Positions 27,726-37,538 are shown, numbered from the stretch's first letter. The stretch is DNA of 64,000 nt from Angustibacter luteus (GCF_039541115.1 NZ_BAABFP010000004.1:62001-126000); one strand, 5' to 3'. The notes: a model not told the origin generated them from the letters alone. A program made the numbers and translations.

Positions 27726-28346
27726 ATGGCCAGGTACTTCGACGTCCACCCGCAGAACCCGCAACCGCGGGCCATCGCCCAGGTGACCGAGCTGTTGCGG
27801 CAGGACGCGCTCATCGCCTACCCGACGGACTCGTCGTACGCGCTGGGCTGCCGGATCGACTCCCCGGACGGCATCGAGCGGATCCGGCGCATCCGGAACC
27901 TCGACGACAAGCACCACTTCACGCTGGTGTGCGCGGACTTCTCGCAGTTCGGCCACCTGGTGCAGCTGAGCAACTCGGCGTTCCGGGCGATCAAGGCGGC
28001 GACTCCCGGGCCGTACACGTTCATCCTGCCCGCGACCAGCGAGGTGCCGCGCCGGCTCGCGCACCCGAAGAAGAAGACGGTGGGCGCCCGGATCCCGGAC
28101 AACAACGTCGTGCGCGCGCTGCTCGCCGAGCTGGGCGAGCCGTTGCTGTCCAGCACCCTGCTGATGCCGGACGACGAGGAGCCGATGACCGACGGCTGGC
28201 AGATCAAGGAGGCGCTGGACCACGTCGTCGACGCCGTCCTGGACGCCGGGGACTGCGGGCTCGAGCCCACCACCGTCGTCGACTGGTCCGCGGGCTACCC
28301 CGAGGTCGTGCGAGTCGGCGCGGGAGACCCCTCGCGCTTCGAGTGA
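27726..28346 (+). CDS. Sua5/YciO/YrdC-family protein (YciO-like)
   Basis: HPQNPQPR, AYPTDSSYALGC, PGPYTFIL, LSSTL. Confidence 0.92.
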   Translation: MARYFDVHPQNPQPRAIAQVTELLRQDALIAYPTDSSYALGCRIDSPDGIERIRRIRNLDDKHHFTLVCADFSQFGHLVQLSNSAFRAIKAATPGPYTFILPATSEVPRRLAHPKKKTVGARIPDNNVVRALLAELGEPLLSSTLLMPDDEEPMTDGWQIKEALDHVVDAVLDAGDCGLEPTTVVDWSAGYPEVVRVGAGDPSRFE

Positions 28347-29539
28347 GCCCGCGCGTCGGCGCCGCGCGCACGCGCCGCCTGCCGGACCAGGTGATCGCGC
28401 TCGGCGACGGCCGTGGCCAGACGCGCGGCATCCGCGTACGCGGCCGCCGCGGCCGGCAGATCGCCGGCCAGCTCGTGCAGATGTCCTCGGACGGCGTGCC
28501 AGCGGTGCCGATCGCCGAGCACCTCGCGCAACCGCTCGGTCTCGCGCAGCCCGGTCACGGGGTCGAGCACGTGGCCGACCGCGACCGCACGCCCCAGCAC
28601 CGCGGCGGGGTCCTGGTGCACCGGGTCATCGCTGAGCCCCACGAGGTCGTCGTACCAGGCGAGGATCTGCGGCCAGTCGGTCTCCTCGGCGCTCACCGCG
28701 TCGTCGTGCAGGGCAGCGATCGCGGCCTCGATCTGGTAGCGGCCGGGACGCCGGGCGGCCAGCGCCGACTGCAGGACGCGCACGCCCTCGGCGATCTCAC
28801 CGGCGTCCCACCGGCTGCGGTCCTGCCGATCCAGCGTGACGATGCGCCCCTGCGGGTCGAGCCGCGCCGCGCGGCGGGCGTGGTTGAGGAGCATGAGTGC
28901 GAGCAACCCGCGCGCCTCCGGCTCCGCGGTGGCGAGCGTGAGCTGGCGACCGAGCCGGATCGCCTCGCCGGCCAGGTCCAGCCGTCCGCCGTGGCCGGCG
29001 GTGTAGACGAGGTAGAGCACGCGCAGCACGACCGCGAGGTCGCCCGGCTGGTCCAACCGGCGTCCCCGCAGCGCCCGCTTGGCCCGGCTGATCCGCTGCG
29101 CCATCGTCGCCTCGGGCACGTAGAAGGCGTCGGCGATCTCGCGCGTGGTGAGCCCACCGACGGCGCGCAGGCTCAGCGCCACCTGGGAGGCGGGCGGGAG
29201 GTCGGGGTGGCAGCAGCAGAAGAGCAGGAAGAGGGTGTCGTCACCGTCCTCGGTCGCGTCGGGCCGCGGCTCCGCCTCCGTCAGCACCTCGCGACGCCGT
29301 CGGGCGACCTCGCTGCGCCGGGCGTCGACCAGGCGTCGGGTCGCAACCGTCGTCAGCCAGGCGCGCGGGTCTCGGGGCGGCCGCTCCGACCACACCCGTA
29401 GTGCCTCCAGCAGGGCCTCCTGCAGCGCGTCCTCGGCGGCGTCGAAGTCCTCGCCCCGCCGGACCAGTCCCGCGAGCACCCGCGGGGCGAGGGCGCGCAG
29501 GGCGCCCTCGTCCAGCGGTGCGATGGGCTCGTCAGGCAC
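28295..29539 (-). CDS. ECF sigma factor with C-terminal TPR-like extension (ECF42/DUF6596 type)
   Basis: AEDALQEA, LFLCCHP, MAQRISRAK, YQIEAAIAALH, TDWPQI. Confidence 0.9.
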   Translation of the reverse strand: MPDEPIAPLDEGALRALAPRVLAGLVRRGEDFDAAEDALQEALLEALRVWSERPPRDPRAWLTTVATRRLVDARRSEVARRRREVLTEAEPRPDATEDGDDTLFLLFCCCHPDLPPASQVALSLRAVGGLTTREIADAFYVPEATMAQRISRAKRALRGRRLDQPGDLAVVLRVLYLVYTAGHGGRLDLAGEAIRLGRQLTLATAEPEARGLLALMLLNHARRAARLDPQGRIVTLDRQDRSRWDAGEIAEGVRVLQSALAARRPGRYQIEAAIAALHDDAVSAEETDWPQILAWYDDLVGLSDDPVHQDPAAVLGRAVAVGHVLDPVTGLRETERLREVLGDRHRWHAVRGHLHELAGDLPAAAAAYADAARLATAVAERDHLVRQAARARGADARAHSKREGSPAPTRTTSG

Positions 29540-29544
29540 GCCGG

Positions 29545-29955
29545 TCAGTCGCTCGCCGGCAGGTCCGACATGACCTCTCGGACGTCGATCCACTCGTAGA
29601 GCGGCGTCCCGCCCGGGCCGGGCTCGGACGAGACGTACGCCGCGAGCTCGATCGCCCGCTCGTGCGACTCGACGTCGATCATGAACCAGCCCGCCGCGAG
29701 GTCGCTGGTCTCGGGCAGCAGCCCGTCGGTGGTGACCGGCGCGGCGCCCGGACCGCCGTAGCGCACCCAGGTGCGGGCCGGGGTCAGCGCCTGCGCGTCG
29801 ACCCACTCACCGTTCTCCTTCAGCACGTCGTTGACGTGGCGCTGGAAGGTCATGTGCGCCTCGACGTCCTCGGGTGCCCACTCGTCCATCGGCGGGATCG
29901 GCTGGTACGGCGCCGGGCCGCCGCGGTAGTGCTTGAGAAGCAGGTACTTCGGCAT
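29545..29955 (-). CDS. YciI/DGPF-family protein
   Basis: MPKYLLL, TDGLLPETSDLAAGWFMIDVES; upstream of the ECF sigma gene. Confidence 0.9.
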   Translation of the reverse strand: MPKYLLLKHYRGGPAPYQPIPPMDEWAPEDVEAHMTFQRHVNDVLKENGEWVDAQALTPARTWVRYGGPGAAPVTTDGLLPETSDLAAGWFMIDVESHERAIELAAYVSSEPGPGGTPLYEWIDVREVMSDLPASD

Positions 29956-30004
29956 CGTGTGTCTCCTCGTCCGGGGCCGCGCCTGTCGTGGCCCTTCACC
30001 TGGT

Positions 30005-30046
30005 GAGCGGAGCCGGTCCGCGGTTCTCGACATGCGATCTCGACAT
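30005..30046 (-). promoter_or_regulatory. putative ECF42-type promoter with duplicated TGTCGA element
   Basis: Minus strand ATGTCGAGA twice (30038-30046 and 30025-30033), then ...CCGGCTCCGCTC. Confidence 0.55.
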
Positions 30047-30085
30047 AGAACCAGTGGGCCCGCCGCCCGAGCACCCTCGGGCGAG

Positions 30086-31759
30086 TCAGTGCCGGGACAG
30101 GATGGACTCGAGGTCCGCGCCCACCGGCAGCGCGCCGTACTCGTGGTTGCGGTCCGGGCCGAGCCGCGCCTCGACGAAGGCCGAGCTCGTGGCGGACGGT
30201 GCGAAGCGGGTGAGCAGGCTCGCCTGCAGGCCCAGGGCCATCGCCTCGACCAGGCCCCGCGCGCCCCGCTGAGCCGCAGCGCTCGCCGGGTCGACTGCGA
30301 GCTCGCGCACCCGCCGTCCGGTCAGGTCGAGGTGCGCGTCGAGGACCGGGTGGCCCCCGCGCGCCAGCTCGAGCTCGGCGGCGAAGGCCTCGGCGCTCGC
30401 CGGTTCGCGAGCGAGGGCTCGCAGGACGTCCAGCGCGATGACGTTGCCGGAGCCCTCCCAGATCGCCATCACGGGCTGCTCGCGGTAGCGCCGCGCCAGC
30501 GGGAAGTCCTCGGTGTACCCGTTGCCGCCCAGGCACTCCATGGCCTCGTAGGCGTGGTGCGGCCCGCGCTTGCAGATCCAGTACTTCGCGACGGCGGTGG
30601 CCAGCCGCCGGAAGGCCTGCTCGGCGTCGTCCGCGTCCTCGTCGTGCGCCCGGGCCAGCCGCAGCGCAGTCAGGGTCGCAGCCTCTGACTCCAGCGCGAG
30701 GTCGGCCAGCACCGCGGTCATCGCCGGCTGCTCGGCCAGGACCCGGCCGAAGGTCGTCCGGTGCCGGGCGTGCCAGATCGCCTCGGCGACGCCCTGGCGC
30801 ATCCCGGCCGTCGAGCCCAGCACGCAGTCCAGCCGGGTGCGCGCGACCATCTCGATGATCGTCCGGACGCCGCGGCCGGGCTCGCCGATGAGCACCCCGA
30901 CCGTGCCGTCCAGCTCGATCTCGGACGACGCGTTCGACTTGTTGCCCAGCTTGTCCTTGAGCCGCTGGATGCGGAACACGTTGCGGGTGCCGTCGGGGAG
31001 CATGCGGGGCAGCAGGAAGCACGAAAGCCCTTCTCCAGCAGCGCCTTTCGCCTGGGCGAGCACCAGGAACGCGTCCGACATCGGGGCCGAGCAGAACCAC
31101 TTGTGGCCGGTCAGCCGGTACTCCGCGCCCGGTCCGCCCTGGCCGGCCGGGATCGCGACGGTGGTGTTCGCCCGGACGTCGGACCCGCCCTGCTTCTCCG
31201 TCATCGCCATGCCGAACAGTGCGGACGGCTTGCCCGCGGTCGCGAGCGCCGGGTCGTAGCTGCGGGCGAGCACCCGCGGTAGCCACTGCGCGGCGACCTC
31301 GGGCTGCACGGCGAGTGAGGGCACCGCGGCGTGGGTCATGGACACCGGGCAGGCGTGCCCGGGCTCGACCTGGCTGAACAGCATGAACGTGGCCGCGCGA
31401 GCGACGTTCGCGCCCGGCCGTGGCTGGGCCCAGGCACTGGTGTGCGCGCCGTGCGCGACGGCGTCCGCGATGATCCGGTGGTACGCCGGGTGGTACTCGA
31501 CGTGGTCGACCCGGTTCCCCCACCGGTCGAAGGGGTGCAGCGTCGGGACGTTCGTGTTCGCCAGGTCCGCGTCGTGCTGGAACGACGCGCTGCCAACGAG
31601 GTGGCCGACGACGCTCAGCTCCTCGGCGGCCCAGGCCGCGTCGTGCCGCTCGACCGCCTCGGCCAGGACGAGGTTCGTCGCGTACTCGTCGACGTCCGTC
31701 CGCGGCGGTGGCTGGTTCGCGACCTCGTGGGTGAGGTGCGGGGTCGGCCGGCTGCTCAC
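30086..31759 (-). CDS. AidB-like acyl-CoA dehydrogenase
   Basis: THEVANQPP, CPVSMT, MTEKQGGSDV, GHKWFCSAP, IWEGSGNV. Confidence 0.92.
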   Translation of the reverse strand: MSSRPTPHLTHEVANQPPPRTDVDEYATNLVLAEAVERHDAAWAAEELSVVGHLVGSASFQHDADLANTNVPTLHPFDRWGNRVDHVEYHPAYHRIIADAVAHGAHTSAWAQPRPGANVARAATFMLFSQVEPGHACPVSMTHAAVPSLAVQPEVAAQWLPRVLARSYDPALATAGKPSALFGMAMTEKQGGSDVRANTTVAIPAGQGGPGAEYRLTGHKWFCSAPMSDAFLVLAQAKGAAGEGLSCFLLPRMLPDGTRNVFRIQRLKDKLGNKSNASSEIELDGTVGVLIGEPGRGVRTIIEMVARTRLDCVLGSTAGMRQGVAEAIWHARHRTTFGRVLAEQPAMTAVLADLALESEAATLTALRLARAHDEDADDAEQAFRRLATAVAKYWICKRGPHHAYEAMECLGGNGYTEDFPLARRYREQPVMAIWEGSGNVIALDVLRALAREPASAEAFAAELELARGGHPVLDAHLDLTGRRVRELAVDPASAAAQRGARGLVEAMALGLQASLLTRFAPSATSSAFVEARLGPDRNHEYGALPVGADLESILSRH

Positions 31760-31840
31760 ACGTCGCTCCTGGTGTCGTCGAACGGCGGCCAGGTTAGCCG
31801 ACGCCTCCGCGCACCAGCCCCTCCAACCGCCACCCCACCT

Positions 31841-31903
31841 CGCACCATTCGCGCTTGACGTGGCCATGAGGGGCCCATAGCCACGCGTAGCGCGAATGGT
31901 GCG
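31841..31903. repeat. 63-bp palindromic dispersed repeat, copy 1
   Basis: CGCACCATTCGCGCT...AGCGCGAATGGTGCG; second copy at 59221-59283. Confidence 0.85.
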
Positions 31904-31919
31904 GGAGCGGGAGCTTGGG

Positions 31920-33419
31920 TCAGGGCTTGGCGACCGTGCCGTTCGTGGACCCGCCGGACGGTGCCGCGTCGTCCTGCTGGCCGAGCACGCCACCAAGCGC
32001 TGCGCCGAGGTCGAAGCCGGTGGTGTCCTGGACCAGCTGCAACGTCTGCATCAGGTTGTTGGACACCGCCTTCGGCAGCGCACCGGCGCCCTCCTGCGAG
32101 ATCACCGTGAGCTTGTCGATGGCGCCCATCGGGGCGGCGAGCTCGTGCGCGACCTTCGGCAGCACCTCCACCAGCATCTGCAGGGTCGCGGCCTGGTTGT
32201 AGCTCGCGTAGGCGTCGGCCTTCTTCTGCATGGCCTCGGCCTCCGCCGACCCGGTCGCAGCGATCGCCGCGGCCTGCGCCTCACCCTCGGCTCGGACGGC
32301 GTCCGCGGTGGCGACCCGACGGGCCTTCTCGGCCTCACCGCGCTTGGCGCCCTCGATCGCGTCGGCCTGGGCGAGCGCGGTACGCCGGTCCAGCTCGGCC
32401 TGACCGGACAACCGGGCCTGCTCGGCGGCGGCCTCGGCCTCGGCGATGGCCCGGGACCGGGACGCCTGGGCCTCCTGCTCGACCTTGTACCGGGCGGCGT
32501 CGGCGGGCTTGCGGACCTCGGTGTCGAGCTGGCGCTCGGTCAGTGCCGCCTGCCGCTCGGCCACCTTCTCCTGCTCGGTCAGCACCGCCTGCTGACGGTC
32601 GGCCGCCGCCAGCGGGCCGGCGGCGTCCGCCTGGGCCTGCGCCGCGTCGGTCTCGGCCTTGATGACGGCCTTGCGCAGGGTCAGCTCGCGCTGGGAATCC
32701 GCGATCTGCTGCTCGGTGCTGAGGCGCGCCGCCTCGGACGCGCGGTAGGCCTCCGCCTCGGCGATGGACGCGCGCTGGCTGACCAGCGCCTGCTCGGGGC
32801 GACCGAGGTCGCGCAGGTAGGTGCCGTCGTCCGTGATGTCCTGGATCTGGAAGGTGTCCAGCACCAGACCCTGACCGGTCAGCGAGGACTCGGACTCCTC
32901 GGCGACCTTGGTGGCGAAGGCCGCCCGGTCCCGGATGATCTGCTCGACGGTCAGGCCGCCGACGATGGAGCGCAGGGCGCCTGACAGGGTCTCCTGGGTG
33001 AAGGTGTCGATGTTCGACTGCTGGCCCAGGAACCGTTGTGCCGCAGCGCGGATCGCGTCCTCGGTGCCGCCGACCTTGACGATCGCCACGCCCTCCAGGT
33101 TGAGCTGGATGCCCTGGGCGGAGACGGCGCCGCGGATCTGCAGCGGGATGCGGCGGGCGGACAGGTCGACGCTGAAGGCCTTCTTCACGAACGGGACGAC
33201 GAAGACGCCGGCACCCATCACGACCTTCTGACCGGTCAGGTCGCGGATCACGTCGCCGGTGCTCGGGTCACGGCGCTCCTTGCCCTTCGACCCGGTGACG
33301 ATGATCGCCTCGTTCGGCCCGGCGATGCGGTAGCGCTTGACCACGATGCCGATCGCGATGACGGCGACGACGACCAGCATCAGGACCGACAGAACCGTCG
33401 GGGAGCTGAAGACACTCAT
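31920..33419 (-). CDS. flotillin/SPFH domain protein
   Basis: N-terminal TM, PNEAIIVTG, AAQRFL, LRSIVG, Ala/Glu coiled coil, PADAARY. Confidence 0.93.
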   Translation of the reverse strand: MSVFSSPTVLSVLMLVVVAVIAIGIVVKRYRIAGPNEAIIVTGSKGKERRDPSTGDVIRDLTGQKVVMGAGVFVVPFVKKAFSVDLSARRIPLQIRGAVSAQGIQLNLEGVAIVKVGGTEDAIRAAAQRFLGQQSNIDTFTQETLSGALRSIVGGLTVEQIIRDRAAFATKVAEESESSLTGQGLVLDTFQIQDITDDGTYLRDLGRPEQALVSQRASIAEAEAYRASEAARLSTEQQIADSQRELTLRKAVIKAETDAAQAQADAAGPLAAADRQQAVLTEQEKVAERQAALTERQLDTEVRKPADAARYKVEQEAQASRSRAIAEAEAAAEQARLSGQAELDRRTALAQADAIEGAKRGEAEKARRVATADAVRAEGEAQAAAIAATGSAEAEAMQKKADAYASYNQAATLQMLVEVLPKVAHELAAPMGAIDKLTVISQEGAGALPKAVSNNLMQTLQLVQDTTGFDLGAALGGVLGQQDDAAPSGGSTNGTVAKP

Positions 33420-33509
33420 GAGGGGTGACTCACTTTCGGGTGGGTCGCGGACGCGGGTGGCGTCGGCGAGGTCAGGTGGAACGAAGACGTGGGACGGCGA
33501 GCGGCCGGG

Positions 33510-34010
33510 TCAGGCGCGGGCGGTGACCCGCACGGAGGTGCTCGACAGCACCTCGGTCACCTCGACCGTCGTGCCGGCCAGCACCGCGGCCGCCGACCGG
33601 GCGTTGAGCTTGTGCGGCGCGCCGGCGAGGCGCACCGAGATCTCACCCAGGCCGTCGGCCGGGATGGCCGTCACGACCGTGCCGGTGAGCCCGACCAGGT
33701 CGAGCGAGCGCGGGGTCGCATCGGTCGCCGTCCGGACCATGCTCCGGGTGACCACGGCAACGAGGGCACCGAGCAGCAGACCCGCACCCAGGCCGGCCAG
33801 GCAGGCGACGCCGGTGCCGGCACCCGCGCTGGACACGATGGCGCCCATCGCCCCGAAGGCCGTCACGAACGCGCCCAGGGCCGGGCCTGAGATGACGTCA
33901 CCACCGGGCAGGTCGAACGACGGCAAGACCGAGTCGAGCACGCCGTCCAGCAGCAACGAACCCAGCAGCAGGACCAGGCCCGCGGCGCCGACGATCAGGA
34001 AAACCAGCAC
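33510..34010 (-). CDS. NfeD-like membrane protein
   Basis: Three hydrophobic helices plus OB-like LVGLTGTVVTAIPADGLGEI; upstream of flotillin. Confidence 0.85.
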   Translation of the reverse strand: MLVFLIVGAAGLVLLLGSLLLDGVLDSVLPSFDLPGGDVISGPALGAFVTAFGAMGAIVSSAGAGTGVACLAGLGAGLLLGALVAVVTRSMVRTATDATPRSLDLVGLTGTVVTAIPADGLGEISVRLAGAPHKLNARSAAAVLAGTTVEVTEVLSSTSVRVTARA

Positions 34011-34123
34011 GGTAGTGCCTTCCAGGAGGGGGAGTGCGGGTCGCACTCCTCAACGGTGACGGTGCTGGGACGCCGCCCGGTGGCCGCTGGTTCCAGCGAC
34101 ACCCGAACGGCGCAGCGGGCGCG

Positions 34124-35215
34124 TCAGCGGGCGGTGCCGCCGTCCTGCTGGCAGACCTGCGCGGCCACGAGGCGCAGGGCCGGGCCGAGGTCGACGTAGC
34201 TGGTCGACCAGCCGATCGGGGAGTCGTCACCGATGGGCAGACCGGCCAGCGCGAGCTCACCAGCGTCGCCCAGCTTCGCCGGCGCCAGGCAGTGCGCCAC
34301 CGACAGCCGGACCGACACCCGCTGGGTCGCGCCGGCGGGAAGCCGGACGGGCAGGTCCGGCGTGGTCACGAACGTGAGGCCGAGCCCCGACGTGTCGGCC
34401 GGCACCGGCTCCAGTCCCCCGTTGCTCGAGTTGGCGATGAGCTCACCGGGCCGGGGACGGATCGTGGACTCGGTGGAGACGGACACCGCGATCGACTGGT
34501 CGCTGTTGTTGGTGAGCACGAGCGTCGGGGCGGTCACGGGCCCGGTCAGGGACGCCAGGAAGCGGTGACGAGCGTCGGACAACGGCGCGCAGCCCTCCTG
34601 GGCGGCCATCCGGTACTCCTCGAGCTGGGCGTCCTTGACGGGGATGGCGTGCAGCACCCCGTCGTCCGACCTCACGGGCACCTTGGGCACCATCGTCGTG
34701 CCGGCCCGGCAGTCGACCGCGACGACGACGGGCACCTGGTGCAGCTGCCCCGGGTGGATCGCCACGTCGGCCGGCAGCATCGTGACCGTCTCACCGGGCT
34801 TCGGCCCGCTGCCCGAGGCAGGGGTCGCGACGACCGAGATCGTCCCGACGCCGAGGTTGAGCACCCGGACCTGCAGCCGCGCCGTGGCCACGCCGGTGGC
34901 CGGGTCCGCCTCGAGGGTCGTGCTGCCGTCGGTGGTGGCCAGAACCGCCAGGCGAGCGGTCTCGGCCGCGCTCGGCGCACGGTCCCGCTGGGCCCCGTCG
35001 GCCCAGGCTCCGGCCGCGAGCCCGGCGACAAGAGCGACGACGGCGACGACGGCCGTCCTGGCGCCGCGCCGCCCCGGACCGCGCCTGAGGCGGGGCTGGG
35101 ACGTCGGGCCGGACAGGTCAGTGAGGTCGGTGACCTCGACGGCACCGGGCAGCGGTGCCTCGGCCGCGTCACCGCGGCGGGCAGGCGTCCGGTCGTCGAG
35201 CACCTCGTACCCCAT
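34124..35215 (-). CDS. hypothetical membrane-anchored protein with two similar beta domains
   Basis: TM segment AVVAVVALVAGLAAGAW; repeated pattern N..LP..P.G...V.V.(V/L)...C. Confidence 0.65.
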   Translation of the reverse strand: MGYEVLDDRTPARRGDAAEAPLPGAVEVTDLTDLSGPTSQPRLRRGPGRRGARTAVVAVVALVAGLAAGAWADGAQRDRAPSAAETARLAVLATTDGSTTLEADPATGVATARLQVRVLNLGVGTISVVATPASGSGPKPGETVTMLPADVAIHPGQLHQVPVVVAVDCRAGTTMVPKVPVRSDDGVLHAIPVKDAQLEEYRMAAQEGCAPLSDARHRFLASLTGPVTAPTLVLTNNSDQSIAVSVSTESTIRPRPGELIANSSNGGLEPVPADTSGLGLTFVTTPDLPVRLPAGATQRVSVRLSVAHCLAPAKLGDAGELALAGLPIGDDSPIGWSTSYVDLGPALRLVAAQVCQQDGGTAR

Positions 35216-35257
35216 GCTCGGAGTATCGCCGATCACGCGCGCGGTGGCAGCAGACGA

Positions 35258-35287
35258 AGAAGGCCCCCACCGAGGTGGGGGCCTTCT
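35258..35287 (-). terminator. cspA terminator
   Basis: AGAAGGCCCCCAC-CGAG-GTGGGGGCCTTCT. Confidence 0.85.
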
Positions 35288-35301
35288 CGCGTGAGGTCAG
35301 G

Positions 35302-35505
35302 TCAGGCGACGGTGACGTTCTCCGCCTGCGGGCCCTTGGGGCCCTGCGTGATGTCGAACTCCACGCGCTGGTTCTCGTCGAGCGAACGGTAGCCGTCGCT
35401 CTGAATCGCCGAGTAGTGCACGAAGACGTCGGCGCCGCCGCCGTCCTGAGCAATGAAGCCGAAGCCCTTCTCAGCGTTGAACCACTTCACGGAACCCTGT
35501 GCCAT
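35302..35505 (-). CDS. cspA: cold-shock protein
   Basis: [32 protein letters not shown]. Confidence 0.97.
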   Translation of the reverse strand: MAQGSVKWFNAEKGFGFIAQDGGGADVFVHYSAIQSDGYRSLDENQRVEFDITQGPKGPQAENVTVA

Positions 35506-35728
35506 GTCGTCTCCTTCAGGGGACGTAATGCGATCGGCACTGTGCCGACCTGGTGCTGGTCATGCATCCAGACGTTGGAGGCAGACCCGCTACATGGGGG
35601 TGCCTGTGAACATCGGTGGTGGGAGCAGATACGCCACCCACACCATCGATCAACGAAAGAGATCGAAACTGCAGCCCCATTAGCCTCCCATGCCGAAGGG
35701 CCGAATGGGAAACGGACCCCACCCAAAT

Positions 35729-35779
35729 CAGAGAAACGGGGCACGGAGGACGGCTCTGGTGCCCCACTTCTCTGGTCTC
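35729..35779. repeat. 51-bp hairpin repeat, copy 2 (likely terminator of the LLM gene)
   Basis: CAGAGAAACGGGGCAC...GGTGCCCCACTTCTCTGGTCTC, matches 4141-4191. Confidence 0.75.
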
Positions 35780-35784
35780 AACGC

Positions 35785-36597
35785 CTACAGGCCACGCAGG
35801 AGGTCGACGACGGGGGCGAGCTTCTCGGCCTGGTCGACGCCGGCGCAGACGTAGGTGATCCCGGTCGCGTCCCGACGTCGCTGCAGCGTGGCCGCCATCT
35901 CCGCGGGTGAGCCACTCAGCAGCCCGGCGGCGTCGGCGGCGCGCAGGCTCTCAACCGTGAGCCCGAGGCGCTGGGTCAGCCAGGGCGGGAGGTCGTCCCC
36001 CACCGCCGTCAGGTTCATGTTGAGGACGACCTCGTCAGCGCGCTCACCCGCTGCCTCGCGGACGACGCCCGCCATCCTCGCGAGCGTCGCCTCGTCGGCG
36101 AGCGGCGGGGCGCCCAGTGCGACGACGTCCGCCCTGCGTCCGGCGAGCGCGAGCATCCGCGGTCCGGACGCGGCGACGGTCACGCGCGCGGCAGGGACGC
36201 GCTCGCGGACGGCGGCGATCGTGGTCTCGAGGACGCCGACCCGCTCGCTCGGGCTGCCGAAGGGCACCCCCAGCCGGCCGGCCTCCGCCTCGGAGTCCGG
36301 GCGACCGGCACCCAGGCCGATCTCGACGCGACCGTCCGCCAGCAGGTGCAGCGCGGCGGCCTCGGCGGCCACCAGGCCCGGCGTCCGCAACGGGGCCGCC
36401 AGCACGTACGGGCCGACCGTCAGTGACGTCGTCACCGACGCCGACGCCGCGCACGCCAGCATCGGTGCGACGCCGTCGAGGTTGTCCGGCACCAGCAACG
36501 AGTCGAAGCCGAGGTCCTCGGCACGGCGGGCCAGGGCCAACCAGTCGGCGCGGTCTCGGACGGTGGCCACGAGGCCGAAGCGGAACGGTGCGGTCAT
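35785..36597 (-). CDS. LLM-class flavin-dependent oxidoreductase
   Basis: ARRAEDLGFDSLLVPD, GRVEIGLGAG, GPRMLALAGRRAD. Confidence 0.88.
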   Translation of the reverse strand: MTAPFRFGLVATVRDRADWLALARRAEDLGFDSLLVPDNLDGVAPMLACAASASVTTSLTVGPYVLAAPLRTPGLVAAEAAALHLLADGRVEIGLGAGRPDSEAEAGRLGVPFGSPSERVGVLETTIAAVRERVPAARVTVAASGPRMLALAGRRADVVALGAPPLADEATLARMAGVVREAAGERADEVVLNMNLTAVGDDLPPWLTQRLGLTVESLRAADAAGLLSGSPAEMAATLQRRRDATGITYVCAGVDQAEKLAPVVDLLRGL

Positions 36598-36707
36598 GGC
36601 TCCTCCAGGTCGCTCGTCGTCCAGACCGACGGTCCTACCTTCACCCCGGCGCCTCAGCCACGTCGTCCCCCTGGCGGTGACACCTGAGATACGCCCGCGG
36701 AGGTAGG

Positions 36708-37538
36708 TCAGGTGCGCGGGACCTGCAGGACCCGAGCGTGGCCGGGTTGATCCGGGTCGTCGAGGATCTCGCGGCCGTCGAGCCAGCAGGAGATGACGTT
36801 GGCGAGCTCGCCGGGGTGACTGAAGTTGATCGCGTGCGCGGCACCCTCGATCTGCACGACCGTCACGTGGCCCGGCGCCCGGCGGCCGATCTCACGGACC
36901 CGTGGCTCCGGTGGCATCAACGGGTCCCGGGCGCCGAGCACCGCCAGCGCCGGCACGGGCAGCGCCAGGAGGCGCTCCTGCGACGGGTACCGGGTGAGCT
37001 GGCTGAACAACCGCAACGCGTTGACCGGGCCGAACCGCACGTAGTCCGGGACGGCGACCGGCATCATCCGTGGCGTCTCGCGGATGCCGTCCATCGCGAG
37101 CTGTCCGAGCGCGCGACGCAGCGGTCGGTTCTGGTAACCACCGGCCGGCGAGACGAGCACGACCCCCGCCACCCGGTGCGGCGCCTCGTGGGCGACCTCG
37201 AGGCTGATGGGGCAGCCCATGGAGTTGCCGACCAGCACGACCTTCTCGAACCCCAGCCGGTCCACGACCTCGAGCACGGTGCGAGCCAGCGCGGGGATGC
37301 CCATGGTGACGTCGGGGCGCGGGCTGCGTCCGTAGCCCGGCAGGTCCGGGACGACGTTGGGCCCGTGGCGCGCCAGCAGCCGAGCGGTCGGCATCAGGTA
37401 GGCGCCGGAGATGGCGAAGCCGTGGACGTGCACGATCGGCACGCCGTCCGGGTCGCCGCCGACGCTGCGCCGGTAGAAGAGCGGGCGTCCGCCAACGATC
37501 AGCCGACCCTGCAGCCACGCTGTCCGGTTCGCCACCAT
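36708..37538 (-). CDS. alpha/beta fold hydrolase
   Basis: HGF, PDLPGYG, GNSMG, AAHAINFSHP. Confidence 0.9.
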   Translation of the reverse strand: MVANRTAWLQGRLIVGGRPLFYRRSVGGDPDGVPIVHVHGFAISGAYLMPTARLLARHGPNVVPDLPGYGRSPRPDVTMGIPALARTVLEVVDRLGFEKVVLVGNSMGCPISLEVAHEAPHRVAGVVLVSPAGGYQNRPLRRALGQLAMDGIRETPRMMPVAVPDYVRFGPVNALRLFSQLTRYPSQERLLALPVPALAVLGARDPLMPPEPRVREIGRRAPGHVTVVQIEGAAHAINFSHPGELANVISCWLDGREILDDPDQPGHARVLQVPRT

